DNA of 64,000 nucleotides from an uncultured Actinomycetota bacterium (GTDB taxonomy: Bacteria; Actinomycetota; Actinomycetes; Actinomycetales; Microbacteriaceae), in assembly GCA_963803465.1 (NCBI GenBank), contig CAWDMS010000008.1, positions 124,903 to 188,902 of the forward strand, in the 5' to 3' direction. Positions 12,594 to 23,552 of this stretch are shown one piece after another. Every line of letters starts with the position of its first letter. Within the stretch, counting starts at the first letter, position 1. The notes under the pieces were generated by a model that saw nothing but the letters and a program-made list of their open reading frames with translations, was not told the DNA's origin and made no database searches. The translations under genes were made by a program, and so were the position numbers.

Positions 12594-13109
12594 ATGGCCG
12601 ACACCGAGTTCCACCTGCGCCAGTCGACCGAGGTCGCGGCGCATCCCGACCGCGTCTGGGACGCGCTCGTCGACGACACCGCCGCGTGGTGGGGCGCGCC
12701 CTACCTGCTGCTCGACGGGCCGAGCGCGGTGCGGATGCCGCTGCGCGCCGGCGAGCCGGTCGTCGAGCAGCTCGGCGACGCGACGGCGCTGTGGGGCACC
12801 GTGACGATCTGCGCGCCGGGGCGCGTCTACGCGTGGGACGGCCAGATGGGGATGGGCGCGGGCTGGGAGGGCGAGGTGCGGTTCGACCTCGAGCCCACCC
12901 CGGCCGGCGCGCGCATCACGGTGCGGCAGGACGCGGCGCGGCGATGGGGCGGGGACGACGTGGCGGGGATGCGCGCCTCGTACGACGCCGGATGGGCCGA
13001 CCTGCTCGAGCGGCTGCGGCTGCTCGTCGAGACGGGTGCGCGGCACGGCTCGGCGGGGCTGAACACCGCGCCGGCGTTCGCGTTCGAGGCCTCGACCGAG
13101 GACGGCTGA
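12594..13109 (+). CDS. SRPBCC domain protein
   Basis: EVAAHPDRVWDAL..WW, VRFDLEP, GWADLLERLR. Confidence 0.8.
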   Translation: MADTEFHLRQSTEVAAHPDRVWDALVDDTAAWWGAPYLLLDGPSAVRMPLRAGEPVVEQLGDATALWGTVTICAPGRVYAWDGQMGMGAGWEGEVRFDLEPTPAGARITVRQDAARRWGGDDVAGMRASYDAGWADLLERLRLLVETGARHGSAGLNTAPAFAFEASTEDG

Positions 13110-13127
13110 GCCGGCCCCTCCCGCGGC

Positions 13128-13187
13128 GGGACCCGGTCCACCATCCGGGACCTGGTGCACCGGGTCCCGGGCGGTGGAGCGGGTCCC
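13128..13187. repeat. 60-bp palindromic repeat, family C (solo copy)
   Basis: GGGACCC...GGGACCTGGTGCACCGGGTCCC...GGGTCCC centred on GGTGCACC. Confidence 0.9.
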
Positions 13188-13223
13188 CTCGCCAGCCGCG
13201 GAGCGCGCGGGCGCAGCCCGGCG

Positions 13224-14003
13224 TCAGCGGTGCTGGAAGCGCGGCTCCCGCTTCTCGCTGAACGCCGCCATGCCCTCCGCCTGGTCGGCGGTGTCGAAGA
13301 GCGCCGCGAACTGCTCGCCCTCGAGCGCGAGGCCCTCGGCGAGGGGCAGCTCGAGCGCGGCGTCCATCGCCGCCTTCGCGGCGACGAGCGCGGTGAGCGG
13401 CTTCGCGGCGATCCCGGCGGCGAGCTCCTGCGCCTCGTCGAGCAGCCGGTCGGCAGGGACGACGCGCGAGACGAGGCCCGCGCGCTCCGCCTCGTCGGCG
13501 CCGATGCGGCGGCCGGTGAGGATGATCTCGGCCGCCTTCGGGTAGCCGACCGCGCGCACGAGCCGCTGCGTGCCGCCGATGCCGGGGATCACGCCGAGCG
13601 AGACCTCCGGGAAGCCGAACTTCGCCGAGTCGGCGGCGAGGATGATGTCGCACATGAGCGCGAGCTCGAGGCCGCCGCCGAGCGCGTAGCCCGACACCGC
13701 CGCGATCACGGGCTTCCGCACCGCGGCGAACCGCAGCCATTCGCCGAAGTGGTCGTCCGCGCGCATGTCGGCGGCCGACTTCGACGCCATCTCCTTGATG
13801 TCGGCGCCGGCGGCGAACGCGCGCTCCGAGCCCGTGACGACGATCGCGCCGATGCTGTCGTCGCCGTCGAGCTCGACGGCGGTCGCCACGACCTCGCGCA
13901 TGAGCTGCTCGTTCAGGGCGTTGAGCGCCTCGGGGCGGTCGAGGTGGATCCACGCGACGCGGTCCTGCCGCTCGACGCGGATCGTGGTGAGCTCGTCCGT
14001 CAT
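13224..14003 (-). CDS. Enoyl-CoA hydratase
   Basis: RPEALNAL, FAAGADIKEM, ALGGGLELA, FGFPEV..G..PGIGGTQRL. Confidence 0.93.
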   Translation of the reverse strand: MTDELTTIRVERQDRVAWIHLDRPEALNALNEQLMREVVATAVELDGDDSIGAIVVTGSERAFAAGADIKEMASKSAADMRADDHFGEWLRFAAVRKPVIAAVSGYALGGGLELALMCDIILAADSAKFGFPEVSLGVIPGIGGTQRLVRAVGYPKAAEIILTGRRIGADEAERAGLVSRVVPADRLLDEAQELAAGIAAKPLTALVAAKAAMDAALELPLAEGLALEGEQFAALFDTADQAEGMAAFSEKREPRFQHR

Positions 14004-15094
14004 GGGGTCTCCTCTGGCAGGTCGGGGTCTGGCAGGTCGGGGTCGGCAGGTCGGGGTCCGGCAGGTCGAGGTCGCCGTCCGGCGCGGGGGCGAAGCAGGC
14101 CTCCACCATGGCATCGGTCACCTGCATCGATGCGAGCGGGCTGCCAGTGCGGCGCGCGGTCCTTGTCGACGAGCTGGGCGCGGATGCCCTCGGCGAAGTC
14201 GGGCAGCAGGCTCACGTGCGACGACACCCGGTACTCCTGCTCGAGCGCCCGCTCGAGCGACGGCAGCGCCGCGGCGCGGCGGAGCGACGCGAGCGTCACG
14301 GCGAGCGCGGTCGGCGAGCGCTTCGCGATCGTGGCGGCGAGCGCGGCGCTCTCCGCGGCCCCCTCCCCCGGCGCCTCGAGCCGCGCGAGGATCGCGCGCA
14401 GGTCGTCGCCGGCGAAGGCGCCCTCGGTGCCCGCGCCCGCGAGCTCGCCCGCGGGCGGCGGCGCCGCGACCGCGGCGATCGCGTCGTCGGCGTCGGTCGA
14501 CGTGAGCGCCTCGAGCAGGTCGGGCATCCGCGCCTGCGGCACGAACGCATCCGAGAGGCCGAGCAGGATCGCGTCGGCCGGGCCGACGTGCTCGCCGGTG
14601 AGGGCGACGCGCGTGCCGAGCTCGCCGGGCGCGCGCGAGAGCAGCCAGCTGGCGCCGACGTCGGGCACGAAGCCGATCGTCACCTCGGGGAACCCGATGC
14701 GGGTCGAGTCGGTGACGATGCGGTGGCTCGCGTGGGCCGAGATGCCGACGCCGCCGCCCAGCACGATGCCGTGCTGGATGGCGACGACCGGCTTCGCGGC
14801 CCGCGCGATCGCGGCGTTCAGCGCGTACTCGTCGCGCCAGAAGGCGCGCGCGCCGGCGCCGCCGCGCTCCTGCACGTCGGTGCGGAGGCCGACGACGTCG
14901 CCGCCGGCGCACAGGCCGCGGTCGCCGGCGCCGACGATCGCGATCGTCGCGACGGATGCGTCGGCCTCGGCCGCCGCGAGCGCCGCGGCGATGCCGAGCA
15001 CCATCTCGTGCGTGAGCGCGTTGAGCGCCTCGGGCCGGTGCAGCTCGATGACCGCGAGGCGCCCTCGGCGAGTGGTGCGCACGTGCTCGGGCAT
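14000..15094 (-). CDS. 3-hydroxyisobutyryl-CoA hydrolase-like crotonase
   Basis: RPEALNALTHEM, CAGGDV, EY.LN, GGGVGIS, PEVTIGFVPDVG, DFAEGIRA.LVDKD; possible compensating indels near 3' end. Confidence 0.88.
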   Translation of the reverse strand: MPEHVRTTRRGRLAVIELHRPEALNALTHEMVLGIAAALAAAEADASVATIAIVGAGDRGLCAGGDVVGLRTDVQERGGAGARAFWRDEYALNAAIARAAKPVVAIQHGIVLGGGVGISAHASHRIVTDSTRIGFPEVTIGFVPDVGASWLLSRAPGELGTRVALTGEHVGPADAILLGLSDAFVPQARMPDLLEALTSTDADDAIAAVAAPPPAGELAGAGTEGAFAGDDLRAILARLEAPGEGAAESAALAATIAKRSPTALAVTLASLRRAAALPSLERALEQEYRVSSHVSLLPDFAEGIRAQLVDKDRAPHWQPARIDAGDRCHGGGLLRPRAGRRPRPAGPRPADPDLPDPDLPEETP

Positions 15095-15115
15095 GGGTCC
15101 TCCGTGGTGTCGATC

Positions 15116-15178
15116 CTCGACGTCGCGGGTGGTCACTCGCGCGCCATGCCGCCCCGAACTACCACCCGCGACGTCGAG
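15116..15178. repeat. 63-bp palindromic repeat, subfamily A
   Basis: CTCGACGTCGCGGGTGGT...ACCACCCGCGACGTCGAG, perfect 18-bp arms. Confidence 0.9.
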
Positions 15179-15186
15179 CGATGGGG

Positions 15187-16281
15187 TCAGCGGGCGTCGA
15201 CGGGGACGCGCCGGGCGCGGGTGTACTGCGGCGGCCACACCGACGCATCCGGCACGCCGTCGAGCTCCGTCTCGGCGCCGAGCGCCCAGTGCGGGTTGCG
15301 CATCCAGGCGCGGGCGAGCATGACCGCGTCGGCGTCGCCGTCGGCGAGCACCGCCTCGGCGTGCGCCGGCTCCTCGATGAGGCCGACCGCGTTCACCTTC
15401 GCCCCCGTCGCGGCGCGCACGGCGCGCGCGAACGGCACCTGGTAGCCGGGCTCGAGCGGGATCTCCTGCCGCGGGTCGTTGCCCCCGGAGGAGAGGTCGA
15501 ACCAGTCGGCGCCCGCCGCGATCGCGACGCGCACGTGCTCGACCGTCATCGCGGCGTCGATGCCGCCCTCGACCCAGTCGGATGCGCTCAGCCGCACCAT
15601 GAGCGCCGCATCCGGCGCCGCGGCGCGCACGGCCTCGACCACCCGCTGCAGCAGCAGGGTGCGCAGGCCTCCTTCGCCGACACCCCACTCGTCGTCGCGC
15701 TGGTTCGACAGCGGCGAGAGGAACTGGTGCAGCAGGTAGCCGTGGGCGCCGTGGACCTCGACGGCCTCGAAGCCCGCGGCCACGGCGCGGCGCGCGGCCG
15801 CGGCGAACAGCTCGGGCAGCGCCGCGACCTCGTCGGCCGCGAGCGCGCGCGGCGGGGCGTAGCGGCCGAACGCATCCGACCCGGCGCTGACCGTCTGCCA
15901 GCCGCCTGCGTCGAGGGGCACGGAGCCGCGGCCGCTCCACTCGCGGTGGATCGACGCCTTGCGACCGGCGTGCGCGATCTGCACGGCCGGCACGGCGCCG
16001 TGGGCCCGGATGCGCGCGGCGATCGGCGCGAGCGCCTCCGCCTGGGCGTCGTTCCAGATCCCCAGGTCGTGCGGCGAGATGCGCCCGATCGGCTCGATCG
16101 CGGCCGCCTCGGTCATCACGAGCCCGGCACCGCCGCGCGCGAACGAGGTCAGGTGCTCGTGGTGCCAGTCGCCCGCCATGCCGTCGCGCGCCTCGCACGA
16201 GTACTGGCACATCGGCGAGACCCACGCGCGGTTGCGCGCCTCGACCGGCCCGAGCTGCACGGGCGAGAACAGCACGCTCAT
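15187..16281 (-). CDS. NADH:flavin oxidoreductase (Old Yellow Enzyme, YqjM-like)
   Basis: NR..VSPMCQYS, QIAHAGRKAS, HGAHGYLLHQFLSPLSN.R.D, PGYQVPFA. Confidence 0.93.
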   Translation of the reverse strand: MSVLFSPVQLGPVEARNRAWVSPMCQYSCEARDGMAGDWHHEHLTSFARGGAGLVMTEAAAIEPIGRISPHDLGIWNDAQAEALAPIAARIRAHGAVPAVQIAHAGRKASIHREWSGRGSVPLDAGGWQTVSAGSDAFGRYAPPRALAADEVAALPELFAAAARRAVAAGFEAVEVHGAHGYLLHQFLSPLSNQRDDEWGVGEGGLRTLLLQRVVEAVRAAAPDAALMVRLSASDWVEGGIDAAMTVEHVRVAIAAGADWFDLSSGGNDPRQEIPLEPGYQVPFARAVRAATGAKVNAVGLIEEPAHAEAVLADGDADAVMLARAWMRNPHWALGAETELDGVPDASVWPPQYTRARRVPVDAR

Positions 16282-17201
16282 CGGCCGACCGTCCCGTGCC
16301 CCGTGCCGGGCACCTCGAAGTTGAACACGCCCTCGTCGAACGCGTTGTAGGCGGCGTAGTCGTTCAGCTCGTAGAGCCGCGCGCGCGTCTGCATGCGGTC
16401 GACGGCGCCGTCGAGGGTGCCGGTCTCGGCGAGCAGGCCGAGCTCGCGCTCGATCGCGCCCATCGCGATGCGCAGCAGCGACACCGGGTGGATGGCGATG
16501 TTCACGCCCACGTCTGCCAGCTGCTGATGCGTGAACAGGGCGCTCTTGCCGAACTCGGTCATGTTGGCGAGGATCGGCACGTCGACCGCCTCGCGGATCG
16601 CCGCGAACTCCTCGAGCGAGGCCATCGCCTCGGGGAAGATCGCGTCGGCCCCGGCCGCCTCGAGCGCCTTCGCGCGGTCCTTCGCGGCCTCGAGCCCCGA
16701 CACCCCGCGGATGTCCGTGCGGGCCATGATCACGAGGTCGCCGTCGCGGCGGGCCGAGACGGCGGCTGCGATGCGCTGCACGGCCTGGTCGAGCGACACG
16801 ACCTCCTTGCCGTCGAGGTGGCCGCAGCGCTTGGGGTTGACCTGATCCTCGAGGTGCAGGCCCGAGACCCCCGCGTCTTCGAGCTCATGCACCGCGCGGG
16901 CGACGTTCATCGCCTCGCCGAAGCCGGTGTCGGCGTCGATGAGGGTCGGCAGATCGGTCATCCGCGAGATCTCGCGGCCGCGCTGCGCGACCTCCGTGAG
17001 GGTCGTCATGCCGATGTCGGGCAGCCCCAGCTCGGCCGCCATCACGGCGCCGGAGATGTAGACGCCCTCGAAGCCGAGCTGCTGGATGAGCGGCGCGGTC
17101 AGCGGCGTGAACGCGCCCGGGAAGCGCTGCAGCGTGCCGGAGGCGAGGCCCGCGCGCAGCGCCTTCCGCTTCTGGGACGGCGTGACCGTCGTCGACAGCA
17201 C
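16278..17201 (-). CDS. prpB: 2-methylisocitrate lyase
   Basis: GLPDIG, DADTGFG, EDQVNPKRCGHLDGK, ANMTEFGK. Confidence 0.95.
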   Translation of the reverse strand: MLSTTVTPSQKRKALRAGLASGTLQRFPGAFTPLTAPLIQQLGFEGVYISGAVMAAELGLPDIGMTTLTEVAQRGREISRMTDLPTLIDADTGFGEAMNVARAVHELEDAGVSGLHLEDQVNPKRCGHLDGKEVVSLDQAVQRIAAAVSARRDGDLVIMARTDIRGVSGLEAAKDRAKALEAAGADAIFPEAMASLEEFAAIREAVDVPILANMTEFGKSALFTHQQLADVGVNIAIHPVSLLRIAMGAIERELGLLAETGTLDGAVDRMQTRARLYELNDYAAYNAFDEGVFNFEVPGTGHGTVGR

Positions 17202-17217
17202 TAGAGGAGGCCCTGCA

Positions 17218-18723
17218 TCAGAAGAGGCCCTGCGTCGTGCCCTGGTCGACGATGCCGGCCGGGGCGAAGACGTTGAGCTGGCGCACCTCGTCGGCCGTGA
17301 GCTCCGGCAGCCGCTCGACGAGCGCGAGGAACCGGTCGATCTCGGTCTCGTCGATGATGCCCTGCGCGAGCGTGCGCAGCTTCTGCACGTACTCCGCGCG
17401 ACCGAACGGTCGCGCGCCGGCTGGGTGCGCGTCCGCGACCGAGATCTCGTCCTCGATGACCTCGCCCGAGGAGAGCGTGATGACGATGCGGCCGCCGAAC
17501 GCCTTCTTGTCGGGGTCCGGGTCGTGGTACCGCTCGGTCCAGACCGGGTCCTCGAGCGTGGTGATCTTGTTCCACAGCTCGACGGTGTCGGGGCGCTGCG
17601 CGCGCTGGGGCGCGTAGGAGTCGACGTGGTGCCAGCCGCCGTCCTGCAGCGCCACCGCGACGATGTAGGGGATGGAGTGGTCGAGCGTCTCGCGCGACGC
17701 GGTCGGGTCGTACTTCTGCGGGTCGTTCGCGCCCGAGCCGATCACGTAGTGCGTGTGGTGGCTCGTGTGGAGCACGATCGACTCGACGCCCTCCGGGTCG
17801 CGCAGCTCGGGCCGCTCGGCCGAGAGCTTGCGGGCGAGGTCGATCCAGGCCTGCGCCTGGTACTCGGCGGAGTGCTCCTTCGTGTACGTGTCGAGGATGC
17901 CGCGCTTGGGCTCGCCCGGCGCGGGCAGCGGCACCGAGTAGCGGCCCTCCCAGCCGTCGAGCAGCCAGGCGATCACGCCGTCCTCGCCCTCGTAGATCGG
18001 CACGGGGCTCGTCTGGCCGCGCATCGCGCGGTCGACGGCCTCGACCGCCATCTTCCCGGCGAACGCGGGCGCGTGCGCCTTCCAGGTGGAGATCTCGCCC
18101 TTGCGCGACTGGCGCGTGGCGGTGGTGGTGTGGAGCGCCTGGCCGACGGCCTGGAAGATCGTCTCCGCCTCGAGCCCGAGCATCGTGCCGATGCCGGCGG
18201 CGGCCGACGGGCCGAGGTGCGCGACGTGGTCGATCTTGTGCTTGTGCAGGCTGATCGAGCGCACGAGGTCGACCTGGATCTCGTAGCCGGTCGCGAGCCC
18301 CCGCACGAGCGCGCGCCCGTCGCAGCCGACGTGCTGCGCGACCGCGAGGATCGGCGGGATGTTGTCGCCCGGGTGCGAGTAGTCGGCGGCCAGGAAGGTG
18401 TCGTGGTAGTCGAGCTCGCGCACGGCGACGCCGTTCGCCCAGGCGGCCCACTCGGGGCTCACGCGGTCCTCGATGCCGAAGACGGCCGAGCCCGGCGCGT
18501 ACGGGTGGCGCTGCGCCTGCTCGCGGGCCGAGACGACCGGCGGCCGGTTGAGGCTCGCGATCGCGACGGCTGCGTTGTCGATGATCCGGTTCGCGATCAT
18601 CTCGACGACGTCGGCCTCCACCTCCACCGGGTCGACCGCGACCTGCGCGATCTTCCAGGCGAGCTGCTCCTCGCGGGGCAGGTTCTCGGCGCTCTTGTGG
18701 GCTCGGACCTCGTGGGCGATCAT
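17218..18723 (-). CDS. prpD: 2-methylcitrate dehydratase, MmgE/PrpD family
   Basis: [36 protein letters not shown]. Confidence 0.95.
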   Translation of the reverse strand: MIAHEVRAHKSAENLPREEQLAWKIAQVAVDPVEVEADVVEMIANRIIDNAAVAIASLNRPPVVSAREQAQRHPYAPGSAVFGIEDRVSPEWAAWANGVAVRELDYHDTFLAADYSHPGDNIPPILAVAQHVGCDGRALVRGLATGYEIQVDLVRSISLHKHKIDHVAHLGPSAAAGIGTMLGLEAETIFQAVGQALHTTTATRQSRKGEISTWKAHAPAFAGKMAVEAVDRAMRGQTSPVPIYEGEDGVIAWLLDGWEGRYSVPLPAPGEPKRGILDTYTKEHSAEYQAQAWIDLARKLSAERPELRDPEGVESIVLHTSHHTHYVIGSGANDPQKYDPTASRETLDHSIPYIVAVALQDGGWHHVDSYAPQRAQRPDTVELWNKITTLEDPVWTERYHDPDPDKKAFGGRIVITLSSGEVIEDEISVADAHPAGARPFGRAEYVQKLRTLAQGIIDETEIDRFLALVERLPELTADEVRQLNVFAPAGIVDQGTTQGLF

Positions 18724-18759
18724 CTGTCTCCTCGGGTTGGTGCTGGTGGTCGGCACGGC

Positions 18760-20307
18760 CTACGGCTCGCGTCGGGCGTCGACGTCGACCGTGTCCAGCA
18801 TGGTGGTTCTGCTGAGCTTGCGCTTGTTCAGGGTGCGGATGACGACGGGGAGCAGCAGCGCGAGCGCGAGCGTCGCGTAGACGATCACCGAGAAGGGCGA
18901 GCTGATGAGCGTCGTCGGGTCGCCCGCCGAGATGTCGAGCGCGCGGCGCAGCTGCAGCTCGGCGAGCGGCCCCAGGATCGCGCCGACGACCACGGGCGCG
19001 ATCGGGAAGCCGAACCGTCGCAGGAGGTAGCCGACGACACCGAAGACGATGAGCAGCAGCACGTCGAAGGACGCACCGTTGACGGCGTAGGCGCCCAGCA
19101 GCGCGAACGTCGCGATGCCCGCGAACAGGTACGGCTTGGGGATGTTCAGCAGCTTCACCCAGACGCCGACGAACGGCAGGTTGAGCACGAGCAGCATGAG
19201 GTTGCCGATCAGCAGGCTCGCGATGAGCCCCCAGACGAGGTCGGGCTCGGTGCGCAGGAGCGCCGGGCCCGGCTGCAGCCCGTACTGCTGGAAGGCGACG
19301 AGGATGATCGCCGCCGTCGCCGAGGTGGGGATGCCGAGCGTGAGCAGCGGCACCATCGTGCCGGCGGCGTTCGCGTTGTTCGCCGCCTCCGGACCGGCGA
19401 CGCCCTCGATCGCGCCGTTGCCGAACTCCGCGCGCCGCGCACCCTTCGCGAGCCGCTTCTCGAGCGAGTACGACAGGAAGGTGGGGATCTCGCTGCCGCC
19501 GGCCGGGATCACGCCGAGCGGGAATCCGATCGCCGTGCCGCGCAGCCACGGCTTCCACGAGCGGCGCGCGTCCTCGCGCGTCATCCAGGCCTGGCCCTTG
19601 ATCGACGCGACCGCGTACTTCGACGAGGTCTGGTGCGCGACGACGTAGAGCACCTCGCCGATGGCGAAGAGCGCGACGATGAGCACGACGGTGTCGATGC
19701 CGTCGAGGAGGCGCGGCATGCCGAACGTGAGCCGGTCCTGCCCCGACTGGAAGTCGATGCCGACGAGTCCGAGCGTGAGCCCGAGCGCGAGCGACGTCAG
19801 GCCGCGCAGGGGCGACCCGCCGACGAGCGCGCCGACGGTGAGGAACGCGACCACCATGAGGGCGAAGAAGTCGCGCGCGCCGAGCTGCACCGCGATGTCG
19901 ACGATGCCCGGCGCGAAGAGCGCGACGAGCACGGTCGCGATCGTGCCGGCGATGAACGAGCCGATGGCCGCGGTGGCGAGCGCGGCAGCGCCGCGACCGG
20001 CGCGAGCCATCTTGTTGCCGTCGATCGCGGCGACGATGGATCCCGATTCGCCGGGCGTCTTCAGCAGGATCGAGGTGGTCGAGCCGCCGTACATCGCGCC
20101 GTAGTAGATGCCGGCGAACAGGATGAAGGCGCTCGCGACGGGCATGCCGTAGGTCATCGGCAGCAGCAGCGCGATCGTGAGCGCCGGGCCGATGCCGGGC
20201 AGCACGCCGATCATGGTGCCGACGAAGGCGCCCAGCAGGGCGAAGAGCAGGTTCTGGATCGTGAACGCGACCGTGAACCCGTGGAGGAGTCCCTCGATGC
20301 CTTCCAT
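18760..20307 (-). CDS. tctA: Tripartite tricarboxylate transporter permease
   Basis: [31 protein letters not shown]. Confidence 0.93.
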   Translation of the reverse strand: MEGIEGLLHGFTVAFTIQNLLFALLGAFVGTMIGVLPGIGPALTIALLLPMTYGMPVASAFILFAGIYYGAMYGGSTTSILLKTPGESGSIVAAIDGNKMARAGRGAAALATAAIGSFIAGTIATVLVALFAPGIVDIAVQLGARDFFALMVVAFLTVGALVGGSPLRGLTSLALGLTLGLVGIDFQSGQDRLTFGMPRLLDGIDTVVLIVALFAIGEVLYVVAHQTSSKYAVASIKGQAWMTREDARRSWKPWLRGTAIGFPLGVIPAGGSEIPTFLSYSLEKRLAKGARRAEFGNGAIEGVAGPEAANNANAAGTMVPLLTLGIPTSATAAIILVAFQQYGLQPGPALLRTEPDLVWGLIASLLIGNLMLLVLNLPFVGVWVKLLNIPKPYLFAGIATFALLGAYAVNGASFDVLLLIVFGVVGYLLRRFGFPIAPVVVGAILGPLAELQLRRALDISAGDPTTLISSPFSVIVYATLALALLLPVVIRTLNKRKLSRTTMLDTVDVDARREP

Positions 20308-20873
20308 CACAGCACCCCCGTGAGTATGCCTGCCGGCAGCTGGATGCGCAGGAGCAGGGTGAAGAGGTAGAACACGCCGAGCGAGATCACGACAGCGATC
20401 GCGACCGTGACGAGCCAGCGCTTGGCGCCGGTCGCGAAAGCGACCGCGACGAAGGTGATCGCCGCGGCGATCGGGTAGCCGAGCACGTCGACCGTGAGCG
20501 CGAAGAGCACGAGCGCGGCGGTCGCGAGCGCGAGCTGCCACCAGCGCAACCGGCTCGTGTCGACGTCGCCCTCGGCGGCATCCGGATGCCCGAGCCTGCC
20601 GCGCAGGATCTGCACGACCAGGAGCATGCCGAGCACGGTCGTGAGGCCGCCGACGATCATCGGGAACTGCCCGGCACCGAGGCCCGACGCGGAGGTGGAC
20701 GGCGGCTGCGACATCCCGTCGAGGATCGTCACGACGCCGATGGCGACCACCGCGAGCCCGAGCAGCAGCTCGGGCCACCGCCGCGACGGCGCCGGGGGCG
20801 CCACGGGGATCGCCCCGGAGTCGGGCGCCGCGTGCGCGGCGCCCGACTCCGGGGCGATGGGGTCGTGCGTCAC
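20307..20873 (-). CDS. tctB: Tripartite tricarboxylate transporter small membrane subunit
   Basis: Multi-TM protein, G..FP, C-terminal LPAG; lies between tctC and tctA. Confidence 0.85.
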   Translation of the reverse strand: MTHDPIAPESGAAHAAPDSGAIPVAPPAPSRRWPELLLGLAVVAIGVVTILDGMSQPPSTSASGLGAGQFPMIVGGLTTVLGMLLVVQILRGRLGHPDAAEGDVDTSRLRWWQLALATAALVLFALTVDVLGYPIAAAITFVAVAFATGAKRWLVTVAIAVVISLGVFYLFTLLLRIQLPAGILTGVL

Positions 20874-21889
20874 TGGACGACGAGGCCGAGCTGCGAGAGC
20901 ACGCCCTCGACGCGGGTGTTCTCCTCGTCGAGCCACGCGTCGAACTCGTCACCGGCGAGGAACAGGTCGGCCCAGTCGTTGGTCTCGAGCTGCTCCGCCC
21001 ACGCGTCGGAGGCGACCGTCTCGGTCACGACCTGCACGTACTGCTCGCGCAGCTCGTCGTCGATGCCGCCGGGCGCCATGATCGAGCGCCAGTTGGCGAA
21101 CTCGAGGTCGGCGTGGCCGATGTCGGCGACGCTCGGGATCTCCATGCCCTCGATGGGCTCGGCGGTCGAGAGCAGCAGCGGGCGCAGCTCCTCCTCGAGG
21201 ATCTGGTCGCGGAACTCGCCGATGCCGGCGATGCCCGCGCTCACCTGGTTGCCGAGCAGAGCGGTCGTCGCCTCGCCGCCGCCGGAGAAGGGCACGTAGT
21301 TGAGCGAGCTGGGCTCGATGTCGTAGGCCTCGGCCAGCAGGCCGAGGAAGACGTGGTCGGCGCTGCCGGCCGAGCCGCCGGCGATCGGCACGCTGCCCGG
21401 GTCGGCCGCGATCGCGGCCATCAGGTCCTCGATCGTCTCGAGCTCCGACGCGGCAGGCACGACGATGACCTCGGCCTCGCCGATGAGGCGCGCGATCGGG
21501 GTGACGTCGTCGAGCGTGACGCCGGTGTCGTTCGTGAGCACGCCGCTCATCATCGCGAGGCCCGATGCCATGAGGACGCCGTCGCGGCCGGGGTTGGCAG
21601 CCATCTGCGCGAGCGCGACGGTGCCGGACGCCCCGGGCACGTTCGTGACGGTGATCGACTCGGCGAGCTCCGCGCCCTCGAGCGCGGTACCGAAGGCGCG
21701 AGCGGTCTGGTCCCATCCCGATCCGGGGTTGGCCGGGGCGATGATCTCCATCCGGCCGAGGCTCTGCACCTCTGCCGCCGCCGTCTCTCCGGGTGCCTGG
21801 CTCGCGGGGGCCTGGTTGGCGGTCGTGCAGCCCACCAGGGCCATTGCGACTGCGGCGACGATCGCTGTCGTCTTCACCTGCTGCTTCAC
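20870..21889 (-). CDS. tctC: Tripartite tricarboxylate transporter substrate-binding lipoprotein
   Basis: Lipobox LVGC; [31 protein letters not shown]; AAGGAG RBS. Confidence 0.92.
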   Translation of the reverse strand: MKQQVKTTAIVAAVAMALVGCTTANQAPASQAPGETAAAEVQSLGRMEIIAPANPGSGWDQTARAFGTALEGAELAESITVTNVPGASGTVALAQMAANPGRDGVLMASGLAMMSGVLTNDTGVTLDDVTPIARLIGEAEVIVVPAASELETIEDLMAAIAADPGSVPIAGGSAGSADHVFLGLLAEAYDIEPSSLNYVPFSGGGEATTALLGNQVSAGIAGIGEFRDQILEEELRPLLLSTAEPIEGMEIPSVADIGHADLEFANWRSIMAPGGIDDELREQYVQVVTETVASDAWAEQLETNDWADLFLAGDEFDAWLDEENTRVEGVLSQLGLVVQ

Positions 21890-21952
21890 GTCCACTCCTT
21901 CGTGCTCGTGCTTGCGCGCTGCATCGATGCCGCGCGTCCTGATGAGCATACT

Positions 21953-21968
21953 TGCATACAGGTATTCA
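21953..21968. promoter_or_regulatory. Candidate GntR/FadR operator
   Basis: AT-rich near-palindrome TGCATAC-AG-GTATTCA between divergent tctC and gntR, extra GCATAC half-site adjacent. Confidence 0.6.
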
Positions 21969-21998
21969 TCTGCGCGACCTCTGTGGGATCATGGCCGC

Positions 21999-22661
21999 AT
22001 GGAAGGCAGCGGACGAGGGCGTCGCGACGGCCGGTCCACCGCCTACGAGCGGTTGCGGGCCCTCATCGTCGACCGCTCGCTCGCGCCGGGCGCGCTGCTC
22101 TCGGAGCCCGAGCTCGCCGAGCAGCTGGGCGTCTCGCGCACGCCGATCCGCGAGGCGCTCGCGACACTCACGGCCGAGGGGCTCGCGGTCAAGCTGAGCT
22201 CGAATCGCACGATCGTCGCGCCCGTCTCGCTCGACGAGCTCGAGCACGTGTACGACGTCCGTGCCCGGCTCGAGGGACTCATCGCGAGCGACGCGGCCAA
22301 GCGCGTGACACCGGAGGACGAGCAGTACCTGCTGCGGCAGGTGTCGCTCATGGAGCGGCTCCGCGACGACTACGAGGAAGTGGTGCGCATCGGCGCGGAC
22401 TTCCACGACCACCTTCGCGTGATGAGCGGCAACGCGCTCGCCGGCAGCCTCCTGCACATGGTGCGCGCGCACGTCGATCGATACCGCGCGCTGACCACGC
22501 AGGAGCCGGGCAGGAGCTCCGACGCGGTCGACGAGCACCGCCTCGTGTGCGACGCCGTGCTCTCGGGCGATGCCGAACGAGCAGAGCGGGTGATGCGCGA
22601 GCACATCGAGCACGCTCGCGGCGTCGCGGTGAACCTGGCCCTGCCCGTCGCCGAGGACTGA
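21999..22661 (+). CDS. GntR (FCD) family transcriptional regulator
   Basis: LSEPELAEQLGVSRTPIREAL HTH; FH, EH and M..HI FCD motifs. Confidence 0.92.
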   Translation: MEGSGRGRRDGRSTAYERLRALIVDRSLAPGALLSEPELAEQLGVSRTPIREALATLTAEGLAVKLSSNRTIVAPVSLDELEHVYDVRARLEGLIASDAAKRVTPEDEQYLLRQVSLMERLRDDYEEVVRIGADFHDHLRVMSGNALAGSLLHMVRAHVDRYRALTTQEPGRSSDAVDEHRLVCDAVLSGDAERAERVMREHIEHARGVAVNLALPVAED

Positions 22662-22792
22662 GCGACGCGGCCAGTCGGGGGCACTCGTTGCGCGATCGTT
22701 ACGCCCCTCTCCGGAGGCACTCGGGTGCGGTGCCGCGCGATCGCTGAGAATGGCTCGAGGACTCCCTCCTCGACCCGCTGAAAGGCGCTGCC

Positions 22793-23473
22793 ATGGCCTC
22801 CGCCACCCGCTCGATCGTCGTCGGCATCGCCGCGCTCGCCCTGCTGACCGGATGCGCGGAGCCGGCCCCCCAGGCGCCGTCCGCCTCCCCGAGCGCCACC
22901 GCGAGCGCGACGCCCACGCCGACCGCGACACCGACGGCGACGCCCACGCCGACGCCCACGCCGACGCCCGCGGCATCCGCGACGCCGACCGCGACGGCGT
23001 CCGCCGACTGGCCCAGGTGCGCCGACGGCGTCGTCGTCTCGCAGCACCTCGCCACGACCGTCTCCTGGTCTGGCACGTGGGAGGAGCAGGTCGCGCGCTC
23101 GGCGCCGCAGCCCGGGTTCGAGCCGGCGGGGCTGCTGTCGAGCGACGGCGTGCTGTGCGCCGTCACGTACCTGTCGCCCATCGACGGCTCGCCGGGCGTC
23201 ATCACCGCATCGACCGCGATCGTGCGCGACCCCGACCTGCAGGCCGCGCTCGATGCCTGGGCAGCCGAGAACGGCTACACCGCCCATGGCGAGGCGGGCG
23301 ATTACGTCGAGCACGTCAGCGACCCCGACCCCACCGACGCGCTGCTCGACAAGTTCCACGTCACGTCGCTCGCCGACCCCATCTACCTCGACGCGTACCG
23401 CCTCGACTCGGGCCTCGACCTGCAGCCGACCGACATGGTGCTCCACCACTGGCACATGGACGGGGAGGGCTGA
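22793..23473 (+). CDS. Lipoprotein, two-Cys paralog family
   Basis: Lipobox LTGC, PT-rich linker, C..W.GT.E....P...FEPA..C..TY..P.DGSPGV. Confidence 0.75.
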   Translation: MASATRSIVVGIAALALLTGCAEPAPQAPSASPSATASATPTPTATPTATPTPTPTPTPAASATPTATASADWPRCADGVVVSQHLATTVSWSGTWEEQVARSAPQPGFEPAGLLSSDGVLCAVTYLSPIDGSPGVITASTAIVRDPDLQAALDAWAAENGYTAHGEAGDYVEHVSDPDPTDALLDKFHVTSLADPIYLDAYRLDSGLDLQPTDMVLHHWHMDGEG

Positions 23474-23552
23474 CCCGCGTCGACGGGTCGAGCCTGCCGC
23501 GCGGCCGCGCGCAGGCGTACGATCGGCGCCATCCCTCGAGGAAGAGGCGGCC

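Noticed and set aside
22672-22775. Partial repeats (GGCACTCG, CGCGATCG) after gntR
   Set aside because: Too degenerate and single-locus to define an element
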